DNA of 64,000 nt from Spirochaetia bacterium (lineage in GTDB: Bacteria > Spirochaetota > Spirochaetia > UBA9216). Below, piece by piece: positions 1 through 8,672 of this stretch (within the stretch, counting starts at the first letter, position 1; each line of letters opens with the position of its first letter). Location of the stretch: assembly GCA_963677925.2 (NCBI GenBank), contig CAXXYH010000003.1, positions 704,001 to 768,000 on the forward strand, in the 5' to 3' direction. Both the position numbers and the translations under genes were made by a program. Below the pieces are notes generated by a model that made no database searches, was not told the origin of the DNA, and worked only from the letters and a program-made list of their open reading frames with translations.

Positions 1-1
1 T

Positions 2-727
2 GTATTTAATTTCATGATTATCAGCATGCTCATAATCCTTACTCCATCAGCAAAGGTTAAACCTTCAAGTGCCGCTATTGCAGCGTTGCTCGGCTCGGTA
101 GCCTGGGAAGTAATGAAATTCGGCTTCGTAAACATATCCAGCTGGGCTTTGCGGGCATCCGTCATCTACGGAACAATAGCAGTTGTACCGATTTTTCTTT
201 TCTGGCTTTACATTCTCTGGATAATCATTATTGCCGCTATGGAACTGACGTGGCTTCATCAGCATCGAAAAAAACCCTGGACCAGACAGGAACCTTCAGA
301 GATGCAGCCGGCGGAAAAAGCAGCCTTTGGTCTTGAAGTTTTTGTCTTTATAGCTGAAAAATTCGACGAAGGCGGAGAAGCGCCGGACATCAACGAACTT
401 GCCATTAAGTTTGCGGTCTCCACTGAGGATATAAAAACTGTAACTGATCTGCTGATAGCTTCTAATTTACTGATAACAACCGGAGAAGACTCCGAGGCTC
501 TGGTGCCATCGCGAAGCCTTACTTCAATGGATATGGAAGAGGTTGTTAAGGTACTGTTCGGGGAAATACAGTTTAGAAGCGGAAACAACCGGGAGGCAGC
601 CAGAGTTATTCAGCGTATTCTGTATACAGGTATAGACCAGGTATCATCGCTGAACATGTCGGACCTGCTGGCACAAAAAAAACCCGGTCAAAAAACCGGG
701 CTTTCAGCATCAGAATCTGATGATTAA
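2..727 (+). CDS. YihY/BrkB (virulence factor BrkB) family membrane protein with C-terminal winged-helix; 5' end lies outside the window
   Basis: Frame is open upstream of the ATG at 14. TM helices with the 'IYGTIAVVPIFLFWLYILWIII..E' YihY signature, followed by an Rrf2-like HTH tail. Confidence 0.8.
   Translation, partial: VFNFMIISMLIILTPSAKVKPSSAAIAALLGSVAWEVMKFGFVNISSWALRASVIYGTIAVVPIFLFWLYILWIIIIAAMELTWLHQHRKKPWTRQEPSEMQPAEKAAFGLEVFVFIAEKFDEGGEAPDINELAIKFAVSTEDIKTVTDLLIASNLLITTGEDSEALVPSRSLTSMDMEEVVKVLFGEIQFRSGNNREAARVIQRILYTGIDQVSSLNMSDLLAQKKPGQKTGLSASESDD
675..703 (-). terminator. Rho-independent terminator for the 724-918 gene
   Basis: Minus strand reads CCCGGT-loop-ACCGGG followed by T8. 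Confidence 0.7.
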
Positions 728-918
728 AGAGCAGCTACAGCTTCAGCCTTCTTTCCGGCTGCGATTGCTGCCTTACACTGCTTGCAGATCATGAATTTCT
801 TCTCATCTTTAGAGTATTCGTAGATAACTTTGATACCGGTTCTCTTGCAGACAGGGCAGCTCCCTCTTCCGTTATTGACCAGCTCACGAACACCAAAACC
901 TCTATGTGATTTTGACAT
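724..918 (-). CDS. Small basic zinc-ribbon protein (CPVC...CKQC); candidate spirochaete ribosomal protein (bL38-like)
   Basis: 64 aa, Lys/Arg-rich, two CxxC motifs, strong RBS (GAAAGGAG), own promoter and terminator. Confidence 0.7.
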   Translation of the reverse strand: MSKSHRGFGVRELVNNGRGSCPVCKRTGIKVIYEYSKDEKKFMICKQCKAAIAAGKKAEAVAAL

Positions 919-985
919 TAATATCTCCTTTCATACCGCCTGCCGCGGTTGATAACTGATTTACAGATATAAAATCCGGTCTGTT

Positions 986-1014
986 AATATACCTGTAGGC
1001 TTGAAAAAAGTCAA
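986..1014 (-). promoter_or_regulatory. Sigma70 promoter of the small Zn protein gene
   Basis: Minus strand TTGACT-17 bp-TATATT. Confidence 0.7.
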
Positions 1015-1063
1015 TGGAGTTGACCATCAGCCTCTTCCGGTTTATCATCTCTGCTGATATTCA

Positions 1064-2008
1064 ATGAAAATAGACCGTCTGTTATCAATCGTAGTATACC
1101 TTCTCAACAGAGAACTTGTCAGCGCCAGTGAGCTGGCAGATAAATTTGAGGTTTCGGTACGTACAATACAACGGGATATGGAAGCTATCGACCTGGCGGG
1201 GATTCCGGTTGTTACAGTCCAGGGTCCCCGCGGCGGCTACGGGATTATGAAGACATTTAAACTTGACCGTCAGCTTGTCAGCCCGGAAGATATTTTCTAT
1301 ATAATTACAGCGCTGAAGAGCATAAGCGATTCAATTGACAATCCGAAACTTGAGAATACTCTTGAAAAAATGAAAGGACTTATGCCCGGAGTACCGGGAG
1401 AATCCTTTTTAAAACATAGTTCCAAACTTCATATCGATTTTACAATGTTAGGCGGCGGACCCGATCAGAAGCGGATATTTCAGATAATAAATACCGCGGT
1501 AGAAAAGGAAAAACTGCTCAGAATCAGCTACACAAACAACAAACTGGAAAAAGATACCAGAATAATAGAGCCGATGACCATTGTTTTCAAATGGAGGGCA
1601 TGGTATCTCTATGCCTGGTGCAGAAGCAGGGAGGATTACAGGTTTTTCCGCATTTCGAGAATCAGGGAACCGGAAATCCTCGAGCGGGGATTTATCAGAA
1701 GAGATCAAGGCTATGAAGAGTTTGAATCGCGGAATTCATATGGTCCCACAGGTACCGGCAGCGGCAGTATTGAAATAAAACTGCATTTTAAAACACCTAT
1801 GACCGATCTGGTTGAAGAATATTACGATGAAAAGAACTGTGAAAAACTTGATGACGGCAGCATAATTTGTACGGTTTCAATGCCTGAAGACGGCTGGCTT
1901 TACGGCTATATTTTAAGCTTCGGTGAATATGTAGAAGTTCTTTCTCCGCCCCATCTGCGAAAGATAATAAAAGAAGGTGCCAAAAAGATTTCCGAAGTCT
2001 ATGATTAG
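1064..2008 (+). CDS. HTH-WYL-WCX transcriptional regulator (YafY/YobV family)
   Basis: N-terminal 'MKIDRLLSI...ELADKFEVSVRTIQRD' wHTH; 'WYLYAWCRSREDYRFFRISRI' WYL domain; C-terminal 'LSFGEYVEVLSPPHLR'. Confidence 0.92.
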   Translation: MKIDRLLSIVVYLLNRELVSASELADKFEVSVRTIQRDMEAIDLAGIPVVTVQGPRGGYGIMKTFKLDRQLVSPEDIFYIITALKSISDSIDNPKLENTLEKMKGLMPGVPGESFLKHSSKLHIDFTMLGGGPDQKRIFQIINTAVEKEKLLRISYTNNKLEKDTRIIEPMTIVFKWRAWYLYAWCRSREDYRFFRISRIREPEILERGFIRRDQGYEEFESRNSYGPTGTGSGSIEIKLHFKTPMTDLVEEYYDEKNCEKLDDGSIICTVSMPEDGWLYGYILSFGEYVEVLSPPHLRKIIKEGAKKISEVYD

Positions 2009-2202
2009 GGTTTCTCTTCAGTTAAAAACCAGTCGTATAATTCCTGTCCTGAATAAATTTCGGGCTGTATGTAGTGAGTACCCTTCTGTGTAATTGTATA
2101 TTTAATATTACCGCCTGCATTATTCAGCTTCATAATAAAATTGATTTCATCCTTAATCTGTATAGGGAGATCATCCAATTCACTAGAAGTCCATACTGGC
2201 AG
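2005..2202 (-). pseudogene. Truncated C-terminal remnant of an alpha/beta-hydrolase (esterase/peptidase)
   Basis: Manual translation gives LPVWTSSELDDLPIQIKDEINFIMKLNNAGGNIKYTITQKGTHYIQPEIYSGQELYDWFLTEEKP*. It is preceded by an in-frame TAG and resembles the 'PVW...AGG.V.YT...H...Y...LYDWFL' hydrolase C-terminus. Confidence 0.5.
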
Positions 2203-2305
2203 CTAAAAAACCTTTTATGCCAGCACTTAGAATCTGAATTTTTTTCAACCCTCTCTTTTTTATATTATTTAAATCATCAGTAGAGATACAGACTGCCAGT
2301 GCAAT

Positions 2306-3436
2306 TCACTCTCTCAGCATTTTACGGTAATAAGCTGAACTTCCGGTCTCTGAGATCTCCAGTATCAGCTTCGCTGTAAAGCTGCCTATACCGCGGATTG
2401 CGGTTAACTCTTCATAACTCATTTCTGCAATCGGCTTGTCATTTTTAGTGAGAGAATAAACCGCATAACCATATGGGCTTTCACGATTTTTAAGCTTCAG
2501 CAGCCAGTCAAGCTGTTCCAGAATAAGTATAATAAGTTCATCCCTCGAGACTATAGACTCAAAAATCTCAGAAGGTATTCGTTTTGCCATAGCATATCTG
2601 GATGCGGCAGTATTAAAGCGCCCGGCGATAGCTGATGTATATGCCGAAGACGGTGCCCCCCAGCTGTTTTCATTACTATAAATCTTGTCGTATCCGTTTT
2701 TTAATTCAGGATGGTAATTATCCAGAAAATTCATAAAATAATCTTTCTGCCTGCCCGGTTTAAGTGTCATACCGCTGAATACAACGTAATCTGCTCCGGC
2801 CTTTGATGCAGCCGCTACTGACGCATCGATCTGCTCTGCAGAATCTGTAATGCCCGGAACAACCGGCATAAGAAACATTCCGCAGTTAAGTCCGGCCGCT
2901 TTTATGCTTTTCATAAGAGCAAGACGCTTTGAAGGCAGAGGCACCCCCGGTTCCAGCAGTTTTCCGAGTTCATCATCAACAGTTGAAAAACTGAAACTGA
3001 CCGTTGCCCCTGTGTTTCGGTTAATATCAAGCAGAAGTTCCAGATCCCTCTCAACCAATGTTGATTTAGTCAGGATATGAACCGGATGATTAAACTCACG
3101 GAAAAGTTCCAGAGTCTGCCGGCATAGCTGAAGATCCGTTTCAAAGGGCTGGTATGAATCGCTTACTCCGCCGCAGATGATAAAATATCCGTTTTTAAAG
3201 GGTTTTCGCTTCCTGGAAGGATCAAGCTCCTTTCTCAGAAGTTCAATTGCATTGCTTTTTACACTCACATCACGTCCGAAAACGCCTTCAACCTGATATT
3301 TTTCATCACGGCCGTCACAGTAAACACAATTATGAGTGCATCCTCTGTACAGGTTTATAGCATATGCGCTAACAAACCAGGAATCGATCTTCTTATACTT
3401 CCTTAATATGCTTTTAGCCTCTATTTCAGTAATCAT
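2306..3436 (-). CDS. SplB-like (spore-photoproduct-lyase-related) radical SAM protein with C-terminal helix-hairpin-helix
   Basis: 'INLYRGCTHNCVYCDGR' CxxxCxxC, 'SDSYQPFE', 'ILTKS', C-terminal 'IRGIG' HhH. The ATG at 3436 overlaps the upstream gene end. Confidence 0.85.
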   Translation of the reverse strand: MITEIEAKSILRKYKKIDSWFVSAYAINLYRGCTHNCVYCDGRDEKYQVEGVFGRDVSVKSNAIELLRKELDPSRKRKPFKNGYFIICGGVSDSYQPFETDLQLCRQTLELFREFNHPVHILTKSTLVERDLELLLDINRNTGATVSFSFSTVDDELGKLLEPGVPLPSKRLALMKSIKAAGLNCGMFLMPVVPGITDSAEQIDASVAAASKAGADYVVFSGMTLKPGRQKDYFMNFLDNYHPELKNGYDKIYSNENSWGAPSSAYTSAIAGRFNTAASRYAMAKRIPSEIFESIVSRDELIILILEQLDWLLKLKNRESPYGYAVYSLTKNDKPIAEMSYEELTAIRGIGSFTAKLILEISETGSSAYYRKMLRE

Positions 3437-4286
3437 CCGTAATGAAGTCTTTCCTTTTAAAATGTCTGTCCTTGTATTTATATTCGTCAATATTCAGCAA
3501 ATCAAGGACTAGAAGAGGATCCTTTTTTACCAGATTTCTGCAGGCTCTGTATGCAATCCAGTGAGAATCCGGGTTTCCGGATTCTGCAAGCTGTTTAACA
3601 ACAGGGAAAGTAAGTTCAGGGTTTATCCTCAGCCAGTCGCTGAGGCTGTTACCTGCTGAAGTTCTGGGATAGGGAGAAGATTCAGTATACAGTAGTTTCA
3701 GCACAGAAAATGCGAAATCGGGAGCATTCTTAAACCAGCGATTCTCTGCTACCGGTCGCAGCGATTCAGAAGCAAAACGTCTATGCAGGGGATTATCGGA
3801 TACAGCCATTTCCAAATACCAGGGTTTGACGAGCGCGTTGTGTGATTTCACGAGCTTCCTGATGAAGCCGGAACTGCATTCCCTCACAATCCAGTCTTCA
3901 TCTTCAGAAGCTTTTCTGAATAATGACATAACAGGGTCTAAATCACCTGTTTCTTGAGCATACAGTGATGCCAGCTGAATACCCAGGCTTCTGACAAATG
4001 TATCATTCTCTGTATTTTTGTACAGAAGACTTCCGGCATCGAGAATCTCATCAATATCTAATAAGCCGGATTCCAAAATGAATATGCCCAGCTCCATCAC
4101 GACAGAATAGCGGCCGATTGATATTCTCTTCTTATCGGGTATTGATGCATGCAGAAGCCTGATAAGCTCTTCTGTTTGCGGGCCTGCTGAAACAGTGTCA
4201 AAAACTCCCCAATCTGAGAGACTTCTTTGTAATTCAGAAATTATTTCAGGCTTAATTATTTTATAAGGATAGTTATTATTTCTCAC
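3426..4286 (-). CDS. HEAT-repeat DNA alkylation repair protein (AlkC/AlkD-like)
   Basis: HEAT-like repeats 'DEDWIVRE', 'RRFASESLRP', 'YPRTSAGNSLSD'. Confidence 0.75.
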   Translation of the reverse strand: MRNNNYPYKIIKPEIISELQRSLSDWGVFDTVSAGPQTEELIRLLHASIPDKKRISIGRYSVVMELGIFILESGLLDIDEILDAGSLLYKNTENDTFVRSLGIQLASLYAQETGDLDPVMSLFRKASEDEDWIVRECSSGFIRKLVKSHNALVKPWYLEMAVSDNPLHRRFASESLRPVAENRWFKNAPDFAFSVLKLLYTESSPYPRTSAGNSLSDWLRINPELTFPVVKQLAESGNPDSHWIAYRACRNLVKKDPLLVLDLLNIDEYKYKDRHFKRKDFITDDY

Positions 4287-4380
4287 AGATTAAATATACC
4301 ACGCAGGAATCAATTTTCACAGAATGCATTCGACGATTTTTCTTGACGAATTAGCAAAGTCGTGTAAAAGTAAAAGTTAC

Positions 4381-5244
4381 ATGTTAGAAGCACCTGTGAA
4401 AAATCAGTGGATCAACAATAATTATTCTATCGGTGAGGTCTCAAACATATTCGGTATTCCATCAAAAATGCTGAGATACTGGGATAGTATTAATCTGTTA
4501 AAACCATATAACGTCGATCAGATTAATGGCTACAGATACTACTCCTCATCTCAGTTTTATCTAATTAATTTCATTAAATACCTTAGAAAACTAGATGTCT
4601 CATATGACATGATTAAGACAAAGTTGAATGAAACAAACATCCAGAGTCTTGAAGAGCTGATGATAGAGCAGATAAATGAGACAGAAAACAAGGTAAGAGA
4701 GCTCTCTAATATCAAAAAGACCTTCACAAGCCATATAGAATCTATAGAAGAGGCTCTGCATAATAAAGAAGTCGAAGTTATTCACATTGCCAAGGCAAAG
4801 GATTTTAAGCTGATATATCTTGAATATCCCTTTGATAACCGAAAAGATTTTGAAATAGCTGTGAGAAAACTTGAATCTGTTCTTGAAGGCAATCCCACGC
4901 TTTTGATTTCACAGGTTTCCACTGTATTCAGCAAGGACGATTTTATTAACGGTACTTATAATCAGTTTATTGGAATCAGCCTTAAATACGGTATATATAA
5001 ATCCCGCAATAAATATGTTCAAAAAGTACCGGAGGATTCCGAATACGCTACGATGAGGTTCTGGGGCAGTCTCAATAACTCTGACGATTATTATAATAAG
5101 CTTAAAGATTTTCTGAAAAATGAAGATTATGAAATTGCCGGCGATGTTATCAGAAAATGTGTAGCACCCGGTACCATATCCGGAAAGCATGACCATCTTG
5201 CAGAGCTTTATGTTCCCGTAAAAAAAATTAATAAAAATATTTGA
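4381..5244 (+). CDS. MerR-family transcriptional activator with GyrI-like effector domain (BmrR-like)
   Basis: 'YSIGEVSNIFGIPSKMLRYWDSINLLKP...NGYRYY' MerR HTH, coiled coil, GyrI-like C-terminus 'ELYVPVK'. Start is 4381 or nearby. Confidence 0.88.
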   Translation: MLEAPVKNQWINNNYSIGEVSNIFGIPSKMLRYWDSINLLKPYNVDQINGYRYYSSSQFYLINFIKYLRKLDVSYDMIKTKLNETNIQSLEELMIEQINETENKVRELSNIKKTFTSHIESIEEALHNKEVEVIHIAKAKDFKLIYLEYPFDNRKDFEIAVRKLESVLEGNPTLLISQVSTVFSKDDFINGTYNQFIGISLKYGIYKSRNKYVQKVPEDSEYATMRFWGSLNNSDDYYNKLKDFLKNEDYEIAGDVIRKCVAPGTISGKHDHLAELYVPVKKINKNI

Positions 5245-5271
5245 CCTTCCCACAGTGGTAAGGTTTACCAT
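5241..5271 (+). promoter_or_regulatory. MerR-type promoter/operator of the GRE operon
   Basis: TTGACC (5241-5246), 19-bp spacer, TACCAT (5266-5271). Dyad ACCTTCCCAC-A-GTGGTAAGGT (one mismatch) spans the spacer. Confidence 0.85.
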
Positions 5272-5303
5272 CATTTATACCAAAATAAATGAGGGTTTAC
5301 CTA

Positions 5304-6227
5304 TTGGCTGATCAACACATAAAGGGCTGGGTTTTCGATATTCAGCACTACTCTATTCATGACGGGCCCGGAATAAGAACAACTGTATTTCTAAGCGGCT
5401 GTTCATTAAGGTGCAAATGGTGCCAGAACCCGGAATCTCATACAATTAAACCGGTATTATCTTTTAATGCTGATAAATGCATAACATGCGGCGCCTGCAT
5501 CAGTGTATGTCCGGAGAAAGCGATCTTTATTGAAGATAATAAAATACATACAAACCGCAAATTGTGTACGGCATGCGGAGCCTGTGTGCCCGTCTGTCCT
5601 ACTGAAGCCCGAAGTATAATCGGCAAGGAAATGACAGCGGCTGAAGTTATTGCTGATGTCGAATCGGACAAGATTTTTTACGAAGGTTCAGGAGGGGGAG
5701 TAACTTTAAGCGGAGGGGAAATCCTTTTTCAGCCTGAATTCTCCCGGACACTGCTGGCAATGCTAAAAGAAGCTGGAATATCAACTGCAGTTGAAACCAC
5801 AGGAAACGCGGACTGGGAAGTAGTAAAAGACACTATAAAAGATGCCGATCTTGTTCTTTATGACCTTAAACACATGGATTCCGAAGGACATAAATTCGGT
5901 ACAGGTGTAGGGAATAAAAGAATTCTTGAAAACATAGTTAAAATTAAGAAAGAACTGAATATTTCTGTCAATATTCGTATCCCCCTTATACCTGGATATA
6001 ACGATTCATCAGAAAATCTGAATCAGACAGCCCGATTCATCAAAGAGCAGCTGGGTGAAGACACACCGGTAAGTCTTCTTCCTTATCATCGAATGGGAAT
6101 CGGGAAATGGGAACAGCTTGAAAAAGAAGCTCCTTCCTTTGAGGCTGATCCGCCTGATGATGCACATATGAATTCTGTAAAATTTATTTTCGATCAGTAT
6201 AACCTGATCAGTCAGATTGGAGGCTAA
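5304..6227 (+). CDS. Glycyl-radical enzyme activating enzyme with ferredoxin-like insert
   Basis: 'HDGPGIRTTVFLSGCSLRCKWCQNPE', two CxxCxxCxxxCP motifs, 'GGVTLSGGE', 'LLPYH'. Start is TTG 5304 (after GAGGG) or ATG 5289. Confidence 0.93.
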   Translation: MADQHIKGWVFDIQHYSIHDGPGIRTTVFLSGCSLRCKWCQNPESHTIKPVLSFNADKCITCGACISVCPEKAIFIEDNKIHTNRKLCTACGACVPVCPTEARSIIGKEMTAAEVIADVESDKIFYEGSGGGVTLSGGEILFQPEFSRTLLAMLKEAGISTAVETTGNADWEVVKDTIKDADLVLYDLKHMDSEGHKFGTGVGNKRILENIVKIKKELNISVNIRIPLIPGYNDSSENLNQTARFIKEQLGEDTPVSLLPYHRMGIGKWEQLEKEAPSFEADPPDDAHMNSVKFIFDQYNLISQIGG

Positions 6228-6228
6228 A

Positions 6229-8616
6229 ATGACACCAAGAATTGAAAAGATGCTGAATGAGCTGCATGTCGAAAAATACCCCCTGTGCATTGAAAAATTC
6301 CGCATCGCAACCAAGACTCTTTCAGAAACCGAGGGGCAGCCGAATGTTCTGCGTCGTGCGCAGATTATGAAGAATATCCTCGAAAACATAACAATTTTCA
6401 TCGAAGACGGCGATCTTTTTGCCGGCGCCGGTGCAAGCAAGCCATTCGGACTTGAGATTGATTATGAATACGGAACCTGGACTCCGGATGAGGTTGATTC
6501 GCTCAAATCCGAAAACTACAGCATTACCCCTGAAGAAGAGAAAGAACTTCAGGAAATTAATGAAAAATTCGGTGATTACAACCTTGTTTCAGCTATGGGC
6601 GCTGTCTTTATGAAGAATGAAAAACTCTGGCCGTTTATGAAATCAGGAATGATTCTCCCTCCATGGAAGGGAAAAGAAGGAAGCGGCGGCGGATATGCAC
6701 AGTCAGGTCTCGGACTGGGACCCGGCTTCTTTCTTGTCGGTATGGATTTTGAAAGAATGTTAAATGACGGTTCATTAAAAATCATCGCGGACTGTGAAGC
6801 AGCACTTAAAGAACATGAAGCCAATGGAAATCCTGATAAGGAAGCTGTAGACTTTCTTAAATCTGTTATTATTGTTCACCATGCAGTAATAAAACTGGCT
6901 GAGAGATATGCTGATCTGGCAGAAAAAATGGGTGCTGAAGAAAATGACAAGCGGAGAAAAGCAGAACTTTTCAGAATTGCTGAAGCCTGCCGAAAAGTTC
7001 CTGCCAAACCAGCTGAATCCTTCTTTGAAGCAATTCAGTCTTTCTGGTTAACATTCCTGCTTGCATCACCATCACCTACAACAGCCGGTGCCCGATTCGA
7101 CCAGTTCATGTATCCATTCTATAAAAAGGATATTGAAAACGGTGTAACAAATGATGATGAAATTCTCGAACTGCTTGAGAACCTCAGAGTCAAAGACATG
7201 AAGCTTAACCGGGTTTCAGGAAAACAGAATAGAAAGAAAAATGCAGGCATGGCAAAATGGCATAACTGGACTATCGGAGGTGTAGATAAGGACGGTAATG
7301 ATGCCAGCAACCCGCTCACCTACCTTCTTCTTGATGCAGCAAAAGAAACCAGAGTGCCGCATCATACCCTGACACTTCGTGTTCATGACAAAACACCTGA
7401 TGATCTTATGGTAAAGGCTCTTGAAGTCGTAAAAACCGGTATGGGAATGCCTGCCTTCGTAGGAGATAAATCCTACATCAACTTCTTCCGCTATCAGGGG
7501 ATGTCCATTGAAGACTCACGCAATTACATTATGACCGGATGTCTAGATGGAAATATCCCGGCGAAAGCAAGAACTGTTGCCGTAGGAATGTTCATAATTG
7601 CACTTGCATACGATATCTTCATGCACAACGGATATAACAAGGGTACAGAGGAAATGGTCGGTATTGAAACCGGTGATGTAACCGGAATGTCTGATTTCGA
7701 CCTGTACAAGGATGCATTCTACAGGCAGCTCGACTATCTTCTTGAACTTGGAGTTGAAAAAAGCAATATCGAGCTTAAAGCTGAACAGGATCTTTTCCCC
7801 GACCCATTCAGATCATCACTTATGAAAGATGCTATCAAGGAAGGCAAGGACATTCTCAGAAGAACCATGCCGCTTGAGAACGGACTTGTTCTCTGTACAA
7901 TTGGAGCAATAAACGTAGCAGACTCGCTGGCTGCAGTTAAAAAGCTTGTGTTTGATGAAAAGAAATACACAATGCAGGAACTTCTCACTGCGCTGGATGC
8001 TGACTGGGAAGGTTACGAAGAAATGCGGCAGGATTTCCTTGACGCACCAAAGTACGGTAATGACATTGATGAAGTTGATGTACTGGCAGCAGAGCTGTAT
8101 GACCATATAGAAAAGAAGCTGGCCTCGATGCCTACTTACTACGGCGGACGTGCAGTAACAACTGCTATTTCAATAACCTCGCACCAGCCGGGTGGACTTC
8201 TTACAGGAGCAACACCAGACGGACGAAAGAGCGGGGAGATTCTTGCAGACGGTTCAATGTCCCCGATGCATGGTATGGACAGAAAAGGCCCTACGGGTGT
8301 TCTAAAGAGCGCAATGAAAATCAACCAGGACACCTACCAGGCAACTCTGTTAAATATGAAATTTCATCCATCTGCTCTTAAGACAGAAGCTGATCTTGTA
8401 AAACTCGGAAACCTGATTAAAACTTATTTTGCCCAGGGCGGAAAACATATGCAGTTCAATATAGTTGATAAAGATCATCTAATTGCTGCAAAGATTGATC
8501 CTGAAAAGCACAAGGATCTTGTAGTAAGAGTTGCCGGCTACAGTGCTTATTTTACAGCGCTTGGGGAACCAATGCAGGACGAAATTATCGAAAGAACTGA
8601 ATTCTCTCAGGTTTAA
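6229..8616 (+). CDS. Glycyl-radical enzyme (PFL2/non-PFL class), substrate unknown
   Basis: Gly loop 'LVVRVAGYSAYF', single-Cys loop 'MTGCLD', 'RFDQFMYPFY', 'PKYGND', 'ATPDGR'. GGAGG RBS precedes ATG 6229. Confidence 0.92.
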   Translation: MTPRIEKMLNELHVEKYPLCIEKFRIATKTLSETEGQPNVLRRAQIMKNILENITIFIEDGDLFAGAGASKPFGLEIDYEYGTWTPDEVDSLKSENYSITPEEEKELQEINEKFGDYNLVSAMGAVFMKNEKLWPFMKSGMILPPWKGKEGSGGGYAQSGLGLGPGFFLVGMDFERMLNDGSLKIIADCEAALKEHEANGNPDKEAVDFLKSVIIVHHAVIKLAERYADLAEKMGAEENDKRRKAELFRIAEACRKVPAKPAESFFEAIQSFWLTFLLASPSPTTAGARFDQFMYPFYKKDIENGVTNDDEILELLENLRVKDMKLNRVSGKQNRKKNAGMAKWHNWTIGGVDKDGNDASNPLTYLLLDAAKETRVPHHTLTLRVHDKTPDDLMVKALEVVKTGMGMPAFVGDKSYINFFRYQGMSIEDSRNYIMTGCLDGNIPAKARTVAVGMFIIALAYDIFMHNGYNKGTEEMVGIETGDVTGMSDFDLYKDAFYRQLDYLLELGVEKSNIELKAEQDLFPDPFRSSLMKDAIKEGKDILRRTMPLENGLVLCTIGAINVADSLAAVKKLVFDEKKYTMQELLTALDADWEGYEEMRQDFLDAPKYGNDIDEVDVLAAELYDHIEKKLASMPTYYGGRAVTTAISITSHQPGGLLTGATPDGRKSGEILADGSMSPMHGMDRKGPTGVLKSAMKINQDTYQATLLNMKFHPSALKTEADLVKLGNLIKTYFAQGGKHMQFNIVDKDHLIAAKIDPEKHKDLVVRVAGYSAYFTALGEPMQDEIIERTEFSQV

Positions 8617-8625
8617 CTAGGGTAT

Positions 8626-8649
8626 AATGCCGGAGGAGGACCCGGCATT
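8626..8649 (+). other. Intergenic hairpin (mRNA stabiliser or weak terminator)
   Basis: AATGCCGG-N8-CCGGCATT between the GRE and transporter genes. Confidence 0.45.
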
Positions 8650-8672
8650 TAAATATTTACTTTCAAGGGGGA

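Noticed and set aside
2074-2283. 69-aa plus-strand ORF
   Set aside because: No RBS or recognisable motif; the opposite strand has the better protein-like signal (hydrolase remnant).
6229-8616. Calling the GRE pyruvate formate-lyase, choline TMA-lyase or a diol dehydratase
   Set aside because: It has no CC motif (PFL) and no GCVE motif or microcompartment/aldehyde dehydrogenase context; the activase has a ferredoxin insert unlike PflA.
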